Positions 58,219 through 64,000 of a stretch of 64,000 nucleotides of DNA are shown in pieces. The notes beneath the pieces were generated by a model. The model was not told where the DNA came from and did no database searches. It saw nothing but the letters and a program-made list of their open reading frames with translations. The DNA lies in the IMG/VR virus record IMGVR_UViG_3300028635_000004, positions 1 to 64,000 of that record; one strand, written 5' to 3'. How positions within the stretch are numbered: position 1 is the first letter of the stretch; each line of letters starts with the position of its first letter. Made by a program: the position numbers and the translations under genes. The DNA is from a virus. Taxonomy: Duplodnaviria; Caudoviricetes.

Positions 58219-58704
58219 TTAGTCTTTTTGATTCATGATAATGTCAAATAAAGTACGTATTTCAGGATCACGTTTTATAGGTTTAATCTCTTCTAATACC
58301 CTTGCTAATTGATTGTTATCATTGAGCATTAAAGAGCCTTCGTTTATAAACATTGGACCTGTTTCAAATGTTTTAAAGAATAGTATATATTCTTTACCAT
58401 CGGCATCATATAACTCTATATAACCACGATAAATATCTCTTGTAGATAAATATTCAACGTTAATGTCAAAATTAACACCTTTTAGTAAAGGTAACATTAA
58501 TTTTTTAATATCATTTTTATATTCAACTATAAGTCTATCGCTTTCAGCTATTATAGAGTCTATAAACATAACAGATGGTGGTGAAGAATAAAGTCTGCTA
58601 TAAATAAACTTCATTCGTTTTTGACGACGATTCATTTTCTTGAGCAGGGCAATTTGCTCTGATAAGAAAATAATACGTTTACAAACTGATTGTTTCTTGC
58701 TCAT
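58219..58704 (-). CDS. Hypothetical protein (161 aa)
   Basis: ORF track; A-rich leader. Confidence 0.6.
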   Translation of the reverse strand: MSKKQSVCKRIIFLSEQIALLKKMNRRQKRMKFIYSRLYSSPPSVMFIDSIIAESDRLIVEYKNDIKKLMLPLLKGVNFDINVEYLSTRDIYRGYIELYDADGKEYILFFKTFETGPMFINEGSLMLNDNNQLARVLEEIKPIKRDPEIRTLFDIIMNQKD

Positions 58705-58723
58705 GATAGTAATTATTTAAAAG

Positions 58724-58852
58724 AGGTGTGACGTCTACCCTATGGGTATTAGCCCACATTAATTGTAAATATATCGCCTACAAATAGAAAAGGATGAACT
58801 ATTTGTATTTAATATAGATACATTAAATATAGATTTTTTAAACGTCACACCT
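58724..58852 (-). promoter_or_regulatory. Structured intergenic element upstream of gene 58219-58704
   Basis: 11-bp perfect closing stem AGGTGTGACGT/ACGTCACACCT with internal hairpins. Confidence 0.5.
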
Positions 58853-58860
58853 AAATATTA

Positions 58861-60936
58861 TTAACTCTTAGGTTCATTTACAAAACCTTTAATGTCTGCT
58901 GCAAAAGCAATCTTATTAATGGCATTGTAAAGTTCACCTACTTGAGCACGTTTATAGCTAGACCTTGCAAAGGACTTTTTATCACGACGTGCTGAATATT
59001 GTATTAAATTCGCACATTCGTTACGAATAGTCTTTATCTCTTTACCTTTTTCTATCGAGTCTTTAATAAAGTCGACTACAGCATTAATAAATTTCTCTTT
59101 ATTACTTGCTGCACAGAATACTTTCTGCCACTCCGCATTTGAATCTACTGCTTCCTCAGTGGTTTCTACAGGATGTAGTTCAGTTTCTGCATCTACTTTG
59201 TCATTTTCATCAAGTTTAGGCTCAGTGTTTAACCAAGCTTGCACTTGTTCGATAGTCCACCGAAGAGGTTCCTTAGAATTTGCAGTTTCATATACTTTAT
59301 TATCTGCAAACGCGTTAGCAATTAATTGAAGAACATAAGCATTTTGCTCTTCATTGCCAATATATTTCCTACTTAAGAAATATATATCTTCTAAGTATTT
59401 AGCATTTTCAACTTCAGTTTTAATTTCAGGAAATTTGTCGTCAACAGGAACGTTAGGACCAACGATAACCACAGATTCTTTATTAGATTCGCTTGTGGTT
59501 TGTTTGGTAGTTCCTGATTCACCTTGAAAGGGTTCACCAGCAGCAATATCCAATGTTTTGGTTCTTGGTAATTTAATCTTTGCTTCTTTAATTAAATTAT
59601 CAAATATTGCTTTTGCTGATTGTAATGTGATACTGTTAAAGCCTTTTTCGTTTAAAACTTTTTTAAGTTCTACGACTACTGAGCCAGGTTTTACACTTCC
59701 TTTAGAAAGTTCTTCACTTTTCTTAAGAATATTATCCTTATAGAAATCAGAAATTAAAGTATTCTTTAATTCCTTGTTGTCAGCTTCAAACTTTGCTTGT
59801 GCTTCAGATTTGTTTTTAACCCTTAAATGATAGTCTACAGTATTGGCGAAATATTTATCCCATGCTTTGTCAATATTAGATTCTTTGATATAATCATCAA
59901 GTCTTTCTATTGTTTTCTCAGTATTGTCACTCATAAATTTAATGAAAGCGTCTTTAACTGATTCAACAGTAGCATTGTCCTTCTTAACCTCGCTTTCTAC
60001 AAACAAGTAGACGTCTCTGTAAGTTATATCATACCAGGGAACTTCTTTAGCATCTTCAATTACACCAGTATCAGAAGACATGCCTTCAACTATTTGGTTG
60101 ATGTATGTTTCTATTGCTTCATTAGTCCATTCAATGTCTTCCTTGTCAGCATCTTTATATGCTTTCTTTGAAAGAATGAATGTAGCAAACTCTAAAGCAT
60201 CGTGTGGTTTATTGTCAATGATAAGAGACCTGATGACATCACCTACTTCAGCTAACGTATACCTGTTAATATCAGTTTTGTATTTGTCTTCAAGAGTTTG
60301 AATTTCTTCAACAGCTGTTTGAACAGTTTCTTGGCGTTTGTTCTTGTTACGCCTTAAGTTATTAACTTCTTTTAAGAAGCCATTAATCTTTTTAGCTTCC
60401 CATTTTTTAGGATTTTTAGCTTTATATAACCCTTGTGAAAGGATATAATGAGCAATTGAACTGGCTTCTTCTTCAGTAAGTTCCATTAAAACTGATTTTA
60501 AAGCATTGACGTCAAATTTATTGATATATTCATCAAATGTTTTTTCTTCGTCTTTAACAACTCTCAAATTAGTTTTTGAAGGGTCTTCCTTAGGAATTAT
60601 AGCCAATGCGTCTTCCTTTTTAGGAGGTTGATGGACCATTGTTGTTGATTCATCTTTTTCTGTAGTGACCCCTGTAGTTACATCAGAATTAGTAATGTTA
60701 TAAACACTAATTGTAGTGTCAATTGCCTTTTCTAATATATTGTAGAGGTTCTCAATATTTTTCCTGCACCTTTCTTGCTCTTTGGGATGGGCAAGTTGTT
60801 TTCTCTTTTCCCATATATCAATAGCAAGATTGATTTTGGTTGGATCAGTAAGTAATATTTCCTTTAAAACATTAACTTCCTGGTCAACCATGTCTTTTAC
60901 GACTTCAAGATGAATTAAGTTTTTCGCTGTATTCAT
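58861..60936 (-). CDS. Hypothetical helical protein with three internal repeats (691 aa)
   Basis: Uninterrupted ORF; three copies of a helix-Y(K/E)xxx-W-helix unit. Confidence 0.65.
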   Translation of the reverse strand: MNTAKNLIHLEVVKDMVDQEVNVLKEILLTDPTKINLAIDIWEKRKQLAHPKEQERCRKNIENLYNILEKAIDTTISVYNITNSDVTTGVTTEKDESTTMVHQPPKKEDALAIIPKEDPSKTNLRVVKDEEKTFDEYINKFDVNALKSVLMELTEEEASSIAHYILSQGLYKAKNPKKWEAKKINGFLKEVNNLRRNKNKRQETVQTAVEEIQTLEDKYKTDINRYTLAEVGDVIRSLIIDNKPHDALEFATFILSKKAYKDADKEDIEWTNEAIETYINQIVEGMSSDTGVIEDAKEVPWYDITYRDVYLFVESEVKKDNATVESVKDAFIKFMSDNTEKTIERLDDYIKESNIDKAWDKYFANTVDYHLRVKNKSEAQAKFEADNKELKNTLISDFYKDNILKKSEELSKGSVKPGSVVVELKKVLNEKGFNSITLQSAKAIFDNLIKEAKIKLPRTKTLDIAAGEPFQGESGTTKQTTSESNKESVVIVGPNVPVDDKFPEIKTEVENAKYLEDIYFLSRKYIGNEEQNAYVLQLIANAFADNKVYETANSKEPLRWTIEQVQAWLNTEPKLDENDKVDAETELHPVETTEEAVDSNAEWQKVFCAASNKEKFINAVVDFIKDSIEKGKEIKTIRNECANLIQYSARRDKKSFARSSYKRAQVGELYNAINKIAFAADIKGFVNEPKS

Positions 60937-60960
60937 ATTTGATTGTGTTTTTAATTGAAT

Positions 60961-61582
60961 TTACCAAAGCAAACCTTTGTCTTCAAGTGCTTTTACATAG
61001 TTATATGCACCTTTTAGACTAGCAATACGAGCTCTTTCAAGTTTCTCTTGTTGCTTTTTGGTTAGCATTGCAGTGTTTCTGATGTTACGGTAAAATTGTA
61101 TATCTTTACCAATACTCAGAATTAAATGATCATAGAACATTGGTGATACGCGTAATTCTTCACCGTTTTCGTCAACAACTATAAGTTTCATAACATCCTT
61201 AGGATGATAGTTGACTCTGGTATTTCGTTTGTTGCCAGTTTTCCTGTGACGAACCTGCACAAGTTGCCTACCACGTTCACCTTTCGACCAAATAACATCT
61301 TCAACAATACCAACACCACGTCTGGTAAAAACTACTTCACCTTTACGGTAACGAAATGTCTTAGTTTTTTCGTCCCATATTGATACAGCTTTAATCCTGC
61401 CAGTCTGAGTTGGTTTGTTGTTTTCTTCTATTTTGTCGAGTAAGTCTCTTAAAACGTTTGCGATACGTTTTTTTGTTGTCACTACTAACATTTTTTGTCT
61501 TTGATTTACGTTTAATCTTGATTTTCGGAGGAGTGTCATCTCCCAATGACATTAAATCCTCATTAGCTAAATTTTTACTCAT
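60961..61582 (-). CDS. Basic protein with SH3/KOW-like domain, apparently split by a +1 frameshift
   Basis: ORFs 61391-61582 and 60961-61539 overlap in different frames and join cleanly at the A7 run (T7 at 61468-61474). Confidence 0.5.
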
Positions 61583-61610
61583 TATATTTCACTTTAGGGT
61601 TAGTGATTTG

Positions 61611-61683
61611 TGACTCAATTAGGATTTGAACCTAAGACCCCATCATTAAAAGTGATGTGCTCTACCAACTGAGCTATTGAGTC
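61611..61683 (-). tRNA. trnK: tRNA-Lys(UUU)
   Basis: GACTCAA acceptor, AGCTCAGTTGGTAGAGC D-arm, CATCA-CTTTTAA-TGATG anticodon arm, TTAGG-TTCAAAT-CCTAA T-arm. Confidence 0.95.
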
Positions 61684-61687
61684 AAAG

Positions 61688-61760
61688 TTGACCCGCCTGG
61701 ACTCGAACCAGGACTCTGCGGAACCAAAATCCGTTGTGTTACCAGTTACACTACAGGTCA
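61688..61760 (-). tRNA. trnQ: tRNA-Gln(UUG)
   Basis: TGACCTG/CGGGTCA acceptor, anticodon loop TTTTGGT, CCTGG-TTCGAGT-CCAGG T-arm. Confidence 0.93.
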
Positions 61761-61770
61761 AATAGGATTG

Positions 61771-61854
61771 TACCTAGGGCGGGACTTGAACCCGCACGAC
61801 CTTTGGGCCAATACATTTTAAGTGTATCATGTCTACCTATTCCATCACCTAGGC
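61771..61854 (-). tRNA. trnL: tRNA-Leu(UAA)
   Basis: GCCTAGG/CCTAGGT acceptor, ATACA-CTTAAAA-TGTAT anticodon arm, long variable arm, GCGGG-TTCAAGT-CCCGC T-arm. Confidence 0.95.
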
Positions 61855-61861
61855 AACATAA

Positions 61862-61981
61862 CTATATATAATTACTTACTAATATTAATAGTAGTAAAAG
61901 TATAGTCATTGGGGCACATACTACAAATAGTGTAAATAAACCGTCTTGTGGGTCTTTATTTTGGTTATAGTACCTGTTCAT
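61862..61981 (-). CDS. Small single-pass membrane peptide (39 aa)
   Basis: MNRYYNQNKDPQDGLFTLFVVCAPMTILLLLLILVSNYI*; start overlaps the end of the upstream gene; below the ORF-track cutoff. Confidence 0.45.
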   Translation of the reverse strand: MNRYYNQNKDPQDGLFTLFVVCAPMTILLLLLILVSNYI

Positions 61982-62507
61982 GTTGTCGCATTATTTTTTT
62001 AGCTTTTTTGCGACCATGCTTCTTACATAAGTTTTTTACATATTTTGAAGTATGAGTACGCCTTGAAGGTGAAGAATAGATACACATAGATGTACCTTTA
62101 CTTTTTAAGCACTTAAGTAGTTCATACTCAGTGATGGGTTTTTTCTTTGCTTTGTCAATGTAGTCTAAAGCTAACTTTGCTGTATTAATAATTTCACTTT
62201 TTGTGAAATCATCAATATTGGTAAGTTTGCTTATTTCAGACTTTGTGTCTTTCAACATATTGAGCTGAGCAAGACTCATAAGTGTAGTATGAACCATTGA
62301 CCTGTTATGGGATTCTTGTAGTGGTAACCGCCTGGCAAGCCCAAACGGCCATTGTGTTTTTTTGTTATTACCCATGCCATCAAGGTGCTCAATTTTATGA
62401 ATACCCTGCATAGCATTAATTTTAGCAATTGCCCTATTATAAAGTTTCATTGCTTTTGGGTTACCTTGTATAGCAGCCAAGGTTGCTGGTAGTTTTTCCT
62501 TTTTCAT
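61965..62507 (-). CDS. Hypothetical basic protein (180 aa)
   Basis: ORF track; A-rich leader. Confidence 0.6.
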   Translation of the reverse strand: MKKEKLPATLAAIQGNPKAMKLYNRAIAKINAMQGIHKIEHLDGMGNNKKTQWPFGLARRLPLQESHNRSMVHTTLMSLAQLNMLKDTKSEISKLTNIDDFTKSEIINTAKLALDYIDKAKKKPITEYELLKCLKSKGTSMCIYSSPSRRTHTSKYVKNLCKKHGRKKAKKIMRQHEQVL

Positions 62508-62519
62508 TCCTTTTTTTGA

Positions 62520-63116
62520 TTATTTTAGGTTTTTATTATCCTTCATTAAATTGTATAATGTACGTCTTGCCCTAAATAAACCAGTTTTAATTGTACCAAT
62601 TGGTTTATTGAGTTGCTCAGCTATTTCTTCATATGATAAATCTTGAAAATACTTCATATGAATAAGTGTTTTATGAAATGGCTTAAGCGTTTCAATCTCA
62701 TTACCCACAATATGCCTTATGTCTGAAGAAATCATTTTATCTTCAGCTGTTAAGTCTGTACATATTATAGGTGTGGTAAAATCGTCTTCAACTGATACTA
62801 AATTATTAGCAGATGTTGGTTGTTTATTACGCGCACGTACAAAATCAATTGCCTTGTTTTGACCTATTGTATGCAACCATGTACTAAAAGCGTACTTTGG
62901 TGAGTAGCTTGATAAAGACTCATATGCTTTTATGAATACTTCTGCAGCTATATCTTCAGCATCTACAGCATTACCTACTACCCGATACACAACCCAATAT
63001 AGTGAATCTTTGTACCTGTTAACCAATGTAGTAAATGAAGAGTTAACCCCGTTTAATGTTTCAGTTATGAGGTCCATATCTGTTTTCTCACTATTTGGTT
63101 TAGTCATATTTTTCAA
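62520..63116 (-). CDS. ECF-type sigma-70 factor
   Basis: Region 2 (DAEDIAAEVFIKAY...FSTWLHTIGQNKAIDFVR) and region 4 HTH (LSYEEIAEQLNKPIGTIKTGLFRARRTL). Confidence 0.93.
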   Translation of the reverse strand: MKNMTKPNSEKTDMDLITETLNGVNSSFTTLVNRYKDSLYWVVYRVVGNAVDAEDIAAEVFIKAYESLSSYSPKYAFSTWLHTIGQNKAIDFVRARNKQPTSANNLVSVEDDFTTPIICTDLTAEDKMISSDIRHIVGNEIETLKPFHKTLIHMKYFQDLSYEEIAEQLNKPIGTIKTGLFRARRTLYNLMKDNKNLK

Positions 63117-63348
63117 ATGTTACTTTGTAAATTCTGTAATTAACATAATCAATTGTATATATACCGTAACCTTGATTATGCAAAGTATTTAAAATAGCTG
63201 TGGGTGTAGTAGTTGGCACATATATTTCAGTTTTACCAATTAAACTGGCTTCTGCTATTTTTTGCAGTATAATATCATATTCTCGTTTGTAATATGATAA
63301 TGCCCTACTCCTTGCATTTAACGGTGTAATTTCAAATGGCCTAATCAT
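63100..63348 (-). CDS. Hypothetical protein (82 aa)
   Basis: ORF track; overlaps the sigma start. Confidence 0.55.
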   Translation of the reverse strand: MIRPFEITPLNARSRALSYYKREYDIILQKIAEASLIGKTEIYVPTTTPTAILNTLHNQGYGIYTIDYVNYRIYKVTFEKYD

Positions 63349-63367
63349 AGTTTTAGTGTATTAAATA

Positions 63368-63622
63368 TTACCTTTCGAGGTCACGTATAAATGTAACAAT
63401 TTCATACATAATATCACTGAGTTTATCAGCATGATGCTCAGATAATTTAGGCTCCATTCTACCGCTTTTCATATCTTCTATGGTACGGTCAATGTTTTTG
63501 TATACATGATGGTGCAGACTACTTATTTCTCGTGTGTTAAAGTTGTCGTAGTCTTTAATGAAGTTTAACTCAACACGTATAACTTCAAGTACTTCCTTTT
63601 GTAATTTTGTTAGCTTAAGCAT
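63368..63622 (-). CDS. Hypothetical protein (84 aa)
   Basis: ORF track; A-rich leader (AAAACACATCAAAATG). Confidence 0.6.
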   Translation of the reverse strand: MLKLTKLQKEVLEVIRVELNFIKDYDNFNTREISSLHHHVYKNIDRTIEDMKSGRMEPKLSEHHADKLSDIMYEIVTFIRDLER

Positions 63623-64000
63623 TTTGATGTGTTTTAAGTATTAGTTGCCTTAATTGGTTGCGAGCCAATATATACTAATGCTAATATTAGTTCTAGACGT
63701 TATGGCATTTCTAATATAACGGGTAGTTACCCCCGCCAAAAGACGCTTTCGAACCACAAACTAATAAAGCAATACATGTTTTTACTATTAAACTATAAGG
63801 CAAGTCCTTTAATATACTGCTGTTGAGGGTACAGTATAATAACAAACGACACATAAGTGCCTTTGCGCATTAATATATTTTGAGCCCAACGTTAGAATCA
63901 TAAGTATATTAATGTTTGTTTATTTTTTTAAAGTTGTCAACGTTATCATATAAATTATATTATAACTAGTATTTTGAAAATATAATTTATATTAATAATC

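Noticed and set aside
61560-61870. Theta (HDV-like) ribozymes at tRNA 3' ends
   Set aside because: Spacers are only 4-10 nt and the sequence after tRNA-Lys is AT-rich without the nested double-pseudoknot pattern.
1-64000. Stop-codon reassignment (TAG to Gln or TGA to Trp), known in some crAss-like phages
   Set aside because: Very long ORFs are uninterrupted in code 11, TAG ends genes directly before the next start (2378, 2854, 4272), and none of the three tRNAs is a suppressor.
1-64000. CRISPR array, integrase, transposase, reverse transcriptase, introns or inteins
   Set aside because: No regularly spaced direct repeats or such protein motifs were seen. PolB, DnaB, NrdJ and primase have normal lengths without insertions. 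This was a by-eye search only.
63623-64000. Non-coding right end as a promoter region or ncRNA
   Set aside because: No clear Bacteroidota TAnnTTTG promoter was found, only one short hairpin, and the region is cut by the window edge.

Overview
This window is a 64-kb segment of a Crassvirales (crAss-like) phage genome. The AT-rich translation-initiation regions and the protein families point to a Bacteroidota host, and the standard genetic code appears to be used. The + strand (1-33.4 kb) carries a GC-richer, fragmented receptor-binding locus, a lysis cassette, ring/IHF-like/muzzle tail genes and the ejected cargo genes. The cargo genes include a 4501-aa virion RNA polymerase polyprotein (GSDFDIDK, zincin HEAFH, C-terminal SLOG/macro-like/ASCH-like cassette) and an 1889-aa zincin protein. 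A bidirectional terminator at about 33.45 kb separates this from a - strand block (33.5-64 kb) of replication, recombination and nucleotide-metabolism genes (primase, DnaB, PolB, AAA_24, PD-(D/E)XK nucleases, dUTPase, ThyX, class II RNR), three tRNAs and an ECF sigma factor. The least explained signals are: (i) a 1.35-kb ORF-free, densely base-paired region with a tRNA-like module and a pseudoknot; (ii) a recurring type of 95-130 nt leader closed by a long-range stem in front of several genes; (iii) the enzyme cassette fused to the injected RNAP; (iv) an orphan DGR-type C-lectin tip; (v) a motif-less acyl-CoA-synthetase homologue. All family assignments come from motif recognition by eye; no database searches or folding programs were run.
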